The notes beneath the pieces are model-generated. The model did not search any database, had not been told where the DNA came from, and saw nothing but the letters and a program-made list of their open reading frames with translations. This document shows, piece by piece, positions 33,257 to 44,445 of a stretch of DNA of 64,000 nt (the first letter of the stretch is position 1; each line of letters opens with the position of its first letter). The translations under genes were made by a program, and so were the position numbers. Origin of the DNA: Rebecca billardiae RCC1528 (Eukaryota; Protista; Haptophyta); the NCBI GenBank assembly GCA_965240325.2, contig OZ251230.1:124001-188000 (forward strand), written 5' to 3'.

Positions 33257-33843
33257 GTTTTATAACAATGCGCCACCTGTTTTATTCATCAGTTTGGCGG
33301 ATTGGCGGTCCTTTGCGCATATTTTCCGTGACGTGTCAGTGTCCTCAGTGACCTCAGGGCAGGCGTCAGTCAGAGTCAGCAAGCTGTAGGCAGCAGATCG
33401 GGCAGCAGGGACAAGTGATGTGCCAGGATCAGCCGCTCCTCGCCGTCGTGATCATCCCCCCCCCGCCTCGTAGTTAGTCTGCCCATCACTCTCCATCGCC
33501 GAGCGGAAGCCCGACCGTGTCCGTCACCGACGCACCGTCTGGCGTCGACGCGCGTGCGCCACCGCGGTGGTCGCGGTGCCACGCGTCGTCTAAGCCGTCG
33601 TCTCGAAGTACTAAGTAGTCGTCGTGCGCAGCGCCCCCGCGGGCGCGTGCCCCCGGGCGCACGTGCGACCGAATAACGACCCGAAACTGCTTATAATTAC
33701 TACTATTATGTATGACGATCTTGAAACAGTACTATATCATCATCATACCGTACGTATTTTACTTGTATCGGCACGGAAGAAAATACTCCTTGCTGATTCT
33801 TGCCGCCGGGCCGGCCGGCGGGAGAAAAAGCTGAAGACGGTGA

Positions 33844-34707
33844 ATGAGAGCAGCCATGTCACGCGCTGGGCGCTCGTGCTCGTGGCGGCTGCTCGTAGGC
33901 GGATTGACTGCTGTGGGAATCGCGTCCGCCGCGCATGGCAAGAACTGCGAAGCAGTCGAGTGCTTTGCTGAGGTCGCCGAGCACATGCGCTTTGCCAGTT
34001 CACTCGCAGTGCCTCCATGCCGCGATGACTTTGCCACGATGGCGCAGCGGCATTTCTTCCGCACGGGCAGGGCGGCGGAGGTTGGAGTCTATCAGGGCAT
34101 GTTTGCCGGGAAGAACATACGAAAGTGGCTCGGCCACTACTATGCCATCGACGCGTGGGCTTGGCGACCGGCTGACCCTGCGGACAAGAACTACAGGAAT
34201 GAAAGTAGAAACATGGAGGTGATGGCGAAGGCTAAGGGCGTGATTGACCGCGCAGTGAATGGAGACACCTCGCGCTACACGATGGTGCGCGCTCTTTCGG
34301 CAGACGCCGCCTCCCAGTTCCCTGACGGATACTTTGACTGGCTGTACATTGATGCTCTGCACACACACGATGCGCTCACGCAGGACCTTCACGCGTGGTG
34401 GCCCAAGCTGCGTGAGGGCGGGCTGCTGAGCGGTGACGACTATGGGGACATGACGGATACCGAGTACATCACGAAGAAGCGCTACCAGACCAAGATACTT
34501 GCACCCAGCACGACTGCAGACGGCAACACGACACATGCTGGTCTCACTCCTTACGCTAGTAAGAATAGCTGGGGAGTGATCTCAGCTCTCCAAGACTTTG
34601 CGCGCACTCACTTTGCCACAGTGCATGTTACGTGGTCGCTCGATTGCTATGCATGGCCAGCGTGGTGGATTGTGAAGCCGCCGAACTGCCTCGCCGACTC
34701 GTCCTGA
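33844..34707 (+). CDS. class I SAM-dependent methyltransferase (Methyltransf_24-like) with signal/anchor peptide
   Basis: AAEVGVYQG motif I, YAIDAW, FDWLYIDALHT, DLHAWWPKLREGGLLSGDDY. Intronless and visibly lower GC than the neighbouring genes. Confidence 0.9.
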   Translation: MRAAMSRAGRSCSWRLLVGGLTAVGIASAAHGKNCEAVECFAEVAEHMRFASSLAVPPCRDDFATMAQRHFFRTGRAAEVGVYQGMFAGKNIRKWLGHYYAIDAWAWRPADPADKNYRNESRNMEVMAKAKGVIDRAVNGDTSRYTMVRALSADAASQFPDGYFDWLYIDALHTHDALTQDLHAWWPKLREGGLLSGDDYGDMTDTEYITKKRYQTKILAPSTTADGNTTHAGLTPYASKNSWGVISALQDFARTHFATVHVTWSLDCYAWPAWWIVKPPNCLADSS

Positions 34708-35307
34708 TCATCATGGCGTCTGCGCCGAACTCGGCCTCGCCGCCGCCACTCGTCCGCTGGTCACTCCGCTGCTGATTGATCCGGACCTCGGATCCGCGAC
34801 GGTCTGCATGAGTATTGAGCGTGTCACAGGGTGACTGCTGCGCATCAGCAGAGTGCCAGTCGGCGCTGCATTCGTCAGTAGCTGAGTACCGCAGAGTAGC
34901 TAGTCGACGATATATCTATATCGTCTATATATATTATTTATAATATATATATATATATATATATGTGTCTGTTGCACTCCGTGAGCCTGACGCTTGTCCG
35001 ATGCTGCCACGTCGTTAAATATATATATATTATATTTATTATTGCGCGCCGCCTATACTACGCGCGTCGTTATATATATATATATATATATATTCGGCTG
35101 GGCCTAGCTGGCTCAACTCGCCGCCCGCATCAGTCTCACAGTGAGCCCGCCGACTAATTGTCCGACAAGTGACTCAGACTACGTCTACGAGACACTGACT
35201 TCAGAATCAGAGCCGTACTGCCTCTGAGTCCGTGATGAGGCGCTGAGCGAGCTATATCATCGTCGTCGACCGCGCCCGAGCCTCTGCTGCTGACGAGATC
35301 GATGATC

Positions 35308-37772
35308 TCAACTTTCCGCCCGGACGATGCCATTGCCACTGAGACTCTGCGTGCTGATGCGGCTGCAGGCAGCATCTGCCGGCTGCACAGCAAGCAGCAC
35401 GTTCAGCACCGCCGCTGCGGCAGCCAGCACGAGGGTGAGCAGCCCAGACGCGAGGGGGCCTCGCCACGCGCGCGGGATGCAGCGCAGCCTCTGCGCTGCA
35501 GGGTGCAACCGACGTTGGAGGCCGGTGCCGACGCTCCGCTGCGCCGCAAGCGTCCACATGTCCAATCCGCGCTCTCGCTCTTGCGCGACTATCTGCAGTT
35601 TCTGGGTGCGCGCGCGCGGGGACAGCACGCTCGACAGGCTGCTCGCCCGGCGGAAGCTGCCCGGTGCTGGCGGTTCGTGCGCGTGAGCGCGCGCCATATT
35701 GCTGGGCTGCACGTGGCTCAGGTCGGGCGTGCGCTTGGGCGCGCTCTGCAGCAGCAGCACCGCGCGCTCGCTGAACCGAGGCAGCGAGCCGCACGCCACC
35801 TCGATCGCGCTCGCCAGCCGGTCGTAGTCCTCGGGCAGCGTGCACGAGCACTGGTCCACAGAGAAGGAGCCGACCAGGTCCGCGTCGAAGCCGGGCAGCA
35901 CCTCCATCTCGATGCGCGTGGCGGCCGTGACGCGCGGGTCTCGCCGGGTGGGAGTCGAGTCTGCGGACGTGCCGTCGGGGTGGTGCGGCTGCTTGCCGCT
36001 GCGGCCCGTCGCCAAGTGCTCACGGCTGCGCTGATCGACCCGGGAGCCCTGCGATGCAACGTCTGGCGGCTGTGCCACGGCGTGCTCGCGGGCCGTCATC
36101 TGGTCGAACACGAAGACCTCCGCGACGCACCTGCGACACGAGGGGCGCGCGGCGGGCCCGGCCGATCCGCGCGCGCCGAGCAGGTGAGCGCACGCACACG
36201 CGAGCGCTGAGCAGCGAGGCGCGCACAGGCCGCTCGCTGCGCCTCCGGCCTCCGTGCGCGCACCACAGCCGCGTGAGGTAGGTAGGGCCCGCGAGGATGA
36301 GCAGGCGCTGACACGACGCCAAGTACACGGGCACAAGCAGCAGCTCGGTCGCAATGTCGTCCTGATTGATGCAGCAGCGGTCTGCGGCGCCGCCGCGGCC
36401 AGCGCGGGTGCGCATGCGTCGGCACGGCGTTTCGCAGAAGCGCGCGCGCGCGCGCGCTTGAGCGGCGTGCGTTCTCAGCGCCGCTGCCGCACCGATCCAG
36501 AGGAGCGGCTCGCGCTCCTTGTTGCGAGCCTTGAACCTGGCCCGCCACTGCTGCAGCGCCTCCCACTTGTACGCCGGGTCGTCATGCCAGCTGGCGGCGG
36601 GGGATGCCCAAGACAGAGCACGCAGTCACGCAGCGCGCGGGCACCACACGCGCGCGTGGTGAGCCCAGGCGTGCGCGAGGCGGTCACGCGCCGGTGCGCG
36701 CGCGGGGCGAGCGTCGCGCGAGGGCGGCGGCGTACGAGTGCGAGACGAACGCGTCGATCTCGTCCAGCTGCACGCTCACGGAGCGCGCGTACCACGCCGG
36801 CTCTTGGCGCTCGGCGGTGTCGAGGCCGGGCTCCTCGCGCGCACTCCCGTCCGCGCGCGCACTCGGCGGACCAACGTCCGCCAGCTCGAAGACGGCACGC
36901 GTGAGCCGGTCCGCAGGGATGGCGCGCAGGCGCGCGCGCGCGCGCGAGATCGTCTGCGTCTCGTCCTGCCCGCTCAGCAGCGCCGCGATGCCTGCGGCCG
37001 CGCGCGTCCCCTCGTCCGCAGCCGTCAGGCACGCGTGCACGCCGCGCCGCACGCGCGGCAGCAGGTGGCCAAGCCCGACGCCAAAGGAGCCCGCTGCCAT
37101 CAGCAGGTTCCAGACGACATCGCCCGTGTGCACAAAACCGTCGATGAGCGCGAAGCCGAGCGCCACGAAGTAGACGAGCCCGAGCGCGGCGCGCATGAGC
37201 ACGACGCCCACCTGCCACCAGACCGCCTCGAGCAGCTGGCGTGAGCCGATGGCGGGCGCGCCGCCGCACGCGCAGCCATAGGACGCCATCAAAGCGCTGC
37301 CGACGCTACCGATCGCCGACAAGCAGGTGAGGCCGAAGAAGAGCCACACGTGGATGTACACCCACGTCAGCTCGTGCCGCTGCCGCGTGCCGCACTCGTA
37401 CAGCGTGCCGTCAGGCGGCGCGCTCGCGAGCGCGTTATGGGTTTGGGCCGCGCCGAACGCGGCGAACAGGGCGCACATGGCGAGCGCACACGCTCGGACG
37501 AGCAGGCTGCTCCGAGGCGGCACCGCCGTGTTGATCAGCAGGATGCTCACCAGGAGGAGGGTTGGCGTCGTGTACCAGCCTGCACTCCCGCGCGGGCTGA
37601 GGACCAGCCACACAACGCCGCCAATGAGGAGGGCGAGGCCTGCGGCGAACGGGAGGATCACGACACGGAGTAGCTGGGCACGCCCCGCCCGGCGAGACAG
37701 CGCAAGCTTTGCGCGGAGCTCCGCGTCCGGGTCTGCCGGCTTCGCCGGCGACACGACCCTGGGCGCGGTCAT
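35308..37772 (-). CDS. multi-pass membrane protein with cytosolic TIR/HET-like domain; exons 37772-36736, 36590-36493, 36381-36264, 36130-35308
   Basis: About 6 TM segments, then after splicing DAFVSHSWHDD..KW..L...PLLWIDRCCINQ...LLLVPVYLASCQRLLILAGPTYLTRLWCVAEVFVF. All three GT-AG introns restore these conserved motifs in frame. Confidence 0.82.
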
Positions 37773-38135
37773 TGCAACCGGTGAACCGGCAACCGCGCGT
37801 GGTAGATGATGATACTGTGCATACCCACCCACCCACATACTAATTGTATCCGATCTCAGGTTTAACCCCATTGATCTCAAATCCTTAACCGCGGCAAATT
37901 GAAAATGAGGGAAGATAGCTATCTCGGTCTCTCGGTTCTACAACTTACTCATTGAAGTACGTATCAGGCTCCATGGGTGTATAATACAGTATTGTATGTT
38001 GCGGGTAAGCTGACCAAGGACTGAACAGGACTCTCCGGCAGCCGGAGAGAGATTGGAGAGCTCCGGCCACGGCCCATCAAAGGCGAGCGCCCGGTGGCGG
38101 CGGCGCGCACGCGGCGGTCGCGCGAGGCGCGGCCG

Positions 38136-40479
38136 ATGGGGAACGCGCACAGCCAGCGGCGGAACGAGTCGGGCCTCGCGCCGCCGCACAAGCTCCCGCC
38201 TCCGCCCGCCTTTGAGAACCTCGGCGTGCTCGGCGCCGGCGCGTACGGCGAGGTGACGTGCCGGCGGCTCGTGTCGACCGGCGAGGTGATCGCGGTCAAG
38301 GCGGTGCCGTTCAACCTGCTGCACCCGGAGCGCCGCGCGAAGGTGCACCGGGAGGCGCGCGTGCTCGAGACGCTGCGCCACCCGCACGTCGTCTCCTTCC
38401 GCGGCGTCTGGGTCCACTCGGGCGCGCTCGGCATCCGCGGGCAGGTGCTGATCGGCATGGAGCTGTGCGCCGGCTCGCTCGGCTCGCTCTTCGAGCACGC
38501 GCCGCGCCGGGCGTACGCGCGGCGGCACGAGGCGATGGCGCAGTGCGCCGACGCGCTCGCGCACTGCCACCGCCGCGGCGTGATGCACCGCGACCTCAAG
38601 CTCGAGAACGTGCTGTACACGTCGACGGCGGGGCACACGTGCGAGGGCTGCGCCACGCTCACGTTCAAGGTGGCGGACTTTGGCGTGGCGGCGCTGATGG
38701 AGCAGACGGGCACGCCGCTCGGGGGCGAGGCGGACGCGTCGGGCGGGCGGGACGGCACGAGCCCCGCCGCCGCCGCCGCCGCCGCGCCGACCGGCCGCGC
38801 GGCCGGCCGCGCGCCGACCGCCCCGAGGCCGTGCGCGCGCGCCCCCAGCGGCAACGCGAGCAGCCTGCAGTCGCTGCCGTATGCGACGATGGCGGGCGGG
38901 CGGCGGACGATGGTGGTGGGCACGCCGCTGTACATGGCGGGCGAGGTGCGCGCGCGCCCTGCGGGCGGTCGGGCGGTCGCTCGCTCCCCGCCGTGCCGCG
39001 CCGCCTCGGCCGCGCCGCTCCCGCGCCGCGCCGCGCGCGCACGCGCACGCGCGCCGCGCGCGTCACGCTCCGCGCGCGCGCGCCTCCGCGCCGCTCACCC
39101 TGCACGCGCAGGTCTTCTGGTCGGACGAGTACGGCCGTGCGTGCGACATCTACTCGCTCGGCTGCGTGTACAGGGAGCTGCTCACGGGCACGCGCATGCA
39201 CGCCTCCGCCAACGTCGTGTACGACCAGCGCGCGCACGAGAGCGGGCTCAAGCCGGTGCACGCGCGGCCGGTGCGCCGCTGCTGGGCGCTGCTGCAGCTG
39301 TACGCGCTGCTCACGCTCGCGGCGTGCGCGGCGCCGGTGGGGCTCGAGTGCCTCGCGCCGACGAGGAGCGCCGCGCGCGCCGACGCGGGAGGCGGCGGGG
39401 CCGCGGGGCAGGGCGGCCCCGACGCCGCGCCGCCGCCGGCGCGCCCGCGCGCGCGGCTCTCCCTCGGCGCGCTCGGCTCGCGCATGCGCGCCTCCGTGCA
39501 GGAGGGGACGGGGCCGGGGGCGGGGGCGGGGGTGGACGCGCACGAGCGCCGACAGCACCGCGCCAGCGTGCACCACGCCAGCGCCGCGCCGCCCGCGCCG
39601 CTGGGGCACGGGGGCGGTGGCACAGCTGCCGCTGCGCTCGGCGGCTCGGCGCGGCCGCCGCCGCCACCGCCCCCCGCCCGGGTGGCCGAGCCGGCCCCGG
39701 CGGGCAGCGGAGGCGGCGGCTCGCCCTGGCTGCGGCCGGTGGCGCCGCTGGCGCCGGTGGTGGGCTCGGTGGTGCTCGTGCTCGCCCTCGTCGGGCTGAC
39801 GGTGCTCGCGCTCGCGCCCGCGCTCGCGGGCGCGCGCGGCGGCACGGCGGGCGGGGCTGCCGGCGACGCGGAGGGCCGTGGGGGCCGGCGCAGCGCGTGG
39901 GGCCGGCGCAGCTCGGCACGCTCGGCCGGCCGGCAGTCCGCCGTGCCTGGCGGCGGCGGCCTCGCGTGGACGCACGCACGGGACACGTCCGCGTGCGCGC
40001 AGGCCAGGCGCGGCGCGGGCGGGACGGCGCGCGCGCTGCTCGGCCTCTCGCTGCGGCTGCTCGCCCTGCTGCTAGCGCTGGGCGCGTGGCTGTGCGAGCC
40101 GACCGCGTGGGCGACGCTCCCGCTCAGCGTGCTGCTGTGCGCGCCCGCGCTCGCCGGCAGCGCGCACGAGCGCGAGGTGCGGCTACTGAACGCGATGATG
40201 GCCGACGCGCCCTCCGAGCGGCCGACGGTGAGCGAGCTCCGCGCGGAGCTGCGCAGGATCCGCGCGCTCCGTGCGCTGCACGCGGGGTGCCTGCTGGGCG
40301 CGGGCGCGGGCGTCGGCGCCCTCGTCCTCCTGCTCCGCCCGCAGCGGGCGGAGTGGCAGCCGGTCGCCTGCGCGTGGGCGCTCTCGGCCGCGGCCGCGCT
40401 CGCGGTCGGCGAGCTCATCCGGCTGGAGCTGCGAAGGAAGGAGGCGCTGCCGGCGGCGCCCGGCTACGTCGATGGCTGA
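38136..40479 (+). CDS. Ser/Thr protein kinase with N-myristoylation motif and multiple hydrophobic segments; exons 38136-38945, 39112-40479
   Basis: MGNAHS; LGAGAYGEV, IAVK, REARVL, HRDLKLEN, DFG, GTPLYMAGE|V, CDIYSLGCVYRELLTG; subdomain XI LLNAMMADAPSERPT about 330 aa later. Confidence 0.88.
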
Positions 40480-40855
40480 GGGGAATGGCGGGAATGCCAC
40501 GCGTCGTACTACTACTAGTGTCTAGTTAGTTTGTGACGCGTGCGTGATGAGTGGTACAGTAGTCGTCCGCTAAGTGGGCGCCGTGCGTGCGGGGGCACGC
40601 CGACGCGCGTCAGTCACCGCCTCTCTGACAGTCGAAATTCGGTGCGCAGCAGGACCCGACTTGGCCGACTGCTTTCTGAATCTGGCTCGGTCATCGTGAA
40701 AAATGGTCACGCTCGATATCATCGAACGTCTATGAGATTTCGCCCAAACTTCGATTCGAATATTTCAAGACCCAGTCATCGTCGTCATCAATAATGACAA
40801 GCTCGGGGCGCTTTTCACCGCCGCCACCTCGGCCGCCCCCCCCCCCCGACTCGCC

Positions 40856-41827
40856 ATGATGCCCGCAACTTCCAATGACCTTCGCACGACGCTGACTGGT
40901 GCGCTCATGGAGACGTCTGATGTCGCCAGCCCCCCCCCTAAGTGGACGACTTTGTGCTACATCGCCACCGGTGCCTGGCTGAAGTCTGGCAACGCAGGCT
41001 CGGATGATGTGCGCCAGCAGATCGTCGATGAGAATGTGAACGTCTCGCTGATGGCAGCGCTGCTGCTCACGATCACGACAGCGTACCTCTTTGCTATCGA
41101 TGAGCTCGACTGGGACTACATCGAGTCGATCTGGGGCGCTTCCTGGGCCATCGCACTGCACGAGCTCCAGCTCGCCCTTGCTCTCACAAGCACGCTCTTC
41201 TTCATCCTCGCCACCTTTGCCGCTGTGTTCCTCATGGTTGTCACTGGCGAAATCTCGTCCAATGCAGAGGCTTCCGCGTACGCGTCCAAGATGGGGCTCC
41301 GGCTCTCCTTTGCCTTTCAGAATCTGATCGCTGGCACCATCATGATCAGCATCATGATGCTGACGCACTCGGTGATATTCTCGCGCAACTTTTACGGCCT
41401 GTACGCGGCCCTCGGACCGGTGATCATCATGATCATCGTGTGGTGCTTCTATATCCTCACACCCATGGTGCACAACATGCTCGTGGTGAAGCGTACCTTT
41501 CAATTGGGAGCAGCGGTGAACCTCAGTGTCGAGGAGATCGGCAAGCACGCACAGGGCTTCTGTACCGCGTTTGGCCTGCACAGTCTCTCCGCCCCTTCGC
41601 TGGTCAAGTACATCTCGACGCAGATCGAGACGGAAAGCGGCACGGGGCCTGGCGCCCCGTCCTACGTCCCGACTGTGCTTTCTGTGCTGACTGAGCAGAT
41701 GGTGGCTGCATTCGTCCAAAAGACGCAAGATGCCTATGTCGCCGAGCAGTTCACGAAGTCTGGCAACGCCCTGGCAAACTCGCTGGTGCAGAAGTTTGGC
41801 GCAAAGCAGCAGCATCGTCGCACTTGA
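40856..41827 (+). CDS. uncharacterised 4-TM membrane protein
   Basis: 323-aa ORF with natural composition and four strong hydrophobic helices (NVSLMAALLLTITTAYLF etc.). Intronless and lower GC. Confidence 0.8.
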   Translation: MMPATSNDLRTTLTGALMETSDVASPPPKWTTLCYIATGAWLKSGNAGSDDVRQQIVDENVNVSLMAALLLTITTAYLFAIDELDWDYIESIWGASWAIALHELQLALALTSTLFFILATFAAVFLMVVTGEISSNAEASAYASKMGLRLSFAFQNLIAGTIMISIMMLTHSVIFSRNFYGLYAALGPVIIMIIVWCFYILTPMVHNMLVVKRTFQLGAAVNLSVEEIGKHAQGFCTAFGLHSLSAPSLVKYISTQIETESGTGPGAPSYVPTVLSVLTEQMVAAFVQKTQDAYVAEQFTKSGNALANSLVQKFGAKQQHRRT

Positions 41828-42236
41828 TCGTGGCACCTGTACTACGTTCGTCGTGACAAGCTACTGCCGCCTGCCGCACTCTTCGCCGCTGATGGCATCA
41901 GCAAGTAGCGTTGAGCAGTATGTGGACTCCCAGAGTAGTGTCGTGGCCCGAGCGCCTACCGTGTCCGCGGCGCCTACCGTGCGCTCTCGCCGCGCACCGC
42001 AACTCGGTGAAGTCTTGGTTCCTGCTCACCAAGTCATTGTACGCCGTTGAGGCTATTCTTGTATCAATTATTCAATTCTCGCGCGATCATTATTTATGCG
42101 CGAGCACACGTCCGCGGGCGGCCGGGGGCCGCCGCTGCCGCCGCCCAATCAGGCGAGCGGGATCAGAAGGGCGGCGGCGGGAAGCTCACGGCCGCCACCT
42201 TGCTGCTTTGCATCACGGTCGACGCGAGCGCTGAGG

Positions 42237-43949
42237 ATGGCGACGGCACTCATCGATGTGGCACGGACGGAGCCCGAGCTGCTCGCCGAGATCATCGCGT
42301 ACGTGGACGAGCCGCTCGAGCTCTCGGGCGCGCTGCGCGTGTCGCGCGCGTTCCGCGAGGCGGGCGCGCGCGCTCTCGAGCTGCGGTGCGCGCGGCGAGG
42401 CGAGGCGCTGCCGACGAGCCTCGGCGCGGGCGCGGCGAGCCTGGCGCACGAGCTGCTGCTGCGCGAGGCGGTGCGCGCTGGGGCGACCCGGTGCTCGAGC
42501 GTCGTCGGCCTCGGCGTCGACTTCTCCGCCTTTGTCGACGCGTGCGGCGCGCTGCTCACGTGCGGCGGCCTCACGTTCAGCGGCGCCTCGCAGGAGGACG
42601 AGAACTGGGGCGGGTACGCGCACGAGCGCGAGGTGGCGCCGCTGCTCGGCCACGGCATGCAGCCGGCGCACGCCCGGCGCTTCGCGTGCGTCCTCGCCCC
42701 GCGGCCCATCGCCTCGCTCCTCCACGCACGCGTGCGGATCGCGCGCGTCGCGTGCGGCGGCTACCACACGCTCGCGCTCGGCGCGGACGGCGCCGTGTAC
42801 TCGCACGGGCACGCGGGCGCGCTGGGCCACCCGGACGGCGCGGACCGGCACAGCCCGAGGCGGATCGAGGCGCTCGCGGGCGTGCGCGCCGTCGGCCTCG
42901 CCGCCGGCGGCGCGAGCAGCGCGGTCATCTGCTGCGCCGGCGGCGTGTACACGTTTGGCGCCGGCGCGGACGGCCAGCTCGGCCACGGCGAGCGCGAGGA
43001 GCAGAAGATTCCGCGGAAGGTCGCGGCGCTGGGCGCGGAGCGGATCGTGGGCGCGGCGCTGGGCGAGGGGCACTCGCTCTTCGTCGGCGTCGACGGCCGC
43101 GTGCACTCGTGCGGCCGAGGGCGCTTCGGCGTGCTCGGCCACGGCGACGTGCGCGCGCGGCTCACGCCCGAGCCGATCGGCGGCCCGCTCGCGGCCGAGC
43201 GCGCGCTGTGCGCGGCCGCGTCGTACGAGCACTCCGTGCTGGTGTGCGCGAGCGGCGTGGCGTACGCGTTCGGCCGGCGCGCGCCCGCGCTGGGGCTCGG
43301 CATGGAGTACTGCCGGCAGCCCGGCGTGCAGTCCGTCCCCGCGCCGATCACCGCCGTCGAGCCCTCTGGCGCGCCGCCGCCGCGCTTTGTGCGCGTCGCG
43401 GCCGCGATCAGTCACACGCTGCTGCTCGACAGCGAGGGCCGCGTGCACTCGTTCGGGCGCGACCAGGCGGGCGTGCTCGGGCACGGCCAGCTGCGGAGCG
43501 GCGTGTTCGGCGGGGGCGACGTGGCGATGCCGCGGCAGATCGAGTGGCTGTGCGACGACGCCGACGGCCCCCGCGCGCCGCGCATCCCCGCCTCGACCGC
43601 GCGCGTCGTCGCGATCGCCGCGGGCGGGCTGTCGACGAGCTGCCTCGTGTGCGACGACCGCAGTGCGTACACGTTTGGCGACGCGATGAGCGGCAGCCTC
43701 GGCCACGGGAAGCCCGTCTCGGCGGCGCGCGTCGACGTGCCCACGCGCGTGGCACGCCTGCCGCCGATGCTGCTCGCGGCGCAGCCCTCGCCGCCGCCGA
43801 ATCCGGCGTGGCACGCACGCTCACCCTCGTCCAGCCTCGCGAGCGAGTCGCCCGGCCCGACCCGGCCAGGCCTCGCCCTTGAGCCCGGCGCCGAGCCCCA
43901 GCCGCGTGGCGGCGGGGCCGATCCTGATTCCAGGCACGAGAGTCGGTGA
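42237..43949 (+). CDS. RCC1-repeat protein with F-box-like N-terminus
   Basis: Repeated VACGGYHTLAL..DGAVYS.G, FGAGADGQLGHG, GRFGVLGHG. N-terminus LIDVARTEPELLAEIIAYV...LRVSRAFR is F-box-like. Confidence 0.88.
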   Translation: MATALIDVARTEPELLAEIIAYVDEPLELSGALRVSRAFREAGARALELRCARRGEALPTSLGAGAASLAHELLLREAVRAGATRCSSVVGLGVDFSAFVDACGALLTCGGLTFSGASQEDENWGGYAHEREVAPLLGHGMQPAHARRFACVLAPRPIASLLHARVRIARVACGGYHTLALGADGAVYSHGHAGALGHPDGADRHSPRRIEALAGVRAVGLAAGGASSAVICCAGGVYTFGAGADGQLGHGEREEQKIPRKVAALGAERIVGAALGEGHSLFVGVDGRVHSCGRGRFGVLGHGDVRARLTPEPIGGPLAAERALCAAASYEHSVLVCASGVAYAFGRRAPALGLGMEYCRQPGVQSVPAPITAVEPSGAPPPRFVRVAAAISHTLLLDSEGRVHSFGRDQAGVLGHGQLRSGVFGGGDVAMPRQIEWLCDDADGPRAPRIPASTARVVAIAAGGLSTSCLVCDDRSAYTFGDAMSGSLGHGKPVSAARVDVPTRVARLPPMLLAAQPSPPPNPAWHARSPSSSLASESPGPTRPGLALEPGAEPQPRGGGADPDSRHESR

Positions 43950-44445
43950 GCGCGCTGGGACACAACGCGCACCCGTCCACGCTTTGCTGAGCTCCAGTGT
44001 GCGGGCCGGACGTGGCGGCGTGACTGATTCGTGTCGGAATACCCGAGTCCCGACTACGGCGACTACGTCTACCGAGTCCGAGTACCGCGCGGGCGTGCAT
44101 TCACGATCCAGCAGACTGCTCTGACGAGAGGCTAAATTATATCGTCGTACGAAGGAGTTTGGAGGTGATCCCTGCACCTCTAAACACACACACGCATATA
44201 TATATGGATAGTCACTGACGAGACGCGGGACGATCAGCTCTTTCAGACAGCCCGGACAACTGAACAATGTGCGGCGGCATGGCGCTGCACTGGGACGGTC
44301 CGACGGGGACTGAGCAAGACGTAGTGCGACTCTGTCCCGCCGGCCCTCGAGGCGTGAGGGCCGTCGGCGACGCCACCTCGAGGCAGTAGGTGGCAGTGCA
44401 GTGGGACGACGTCGTAGAGGCTTTGTGCGTGCTAAGGAGCTGTCA

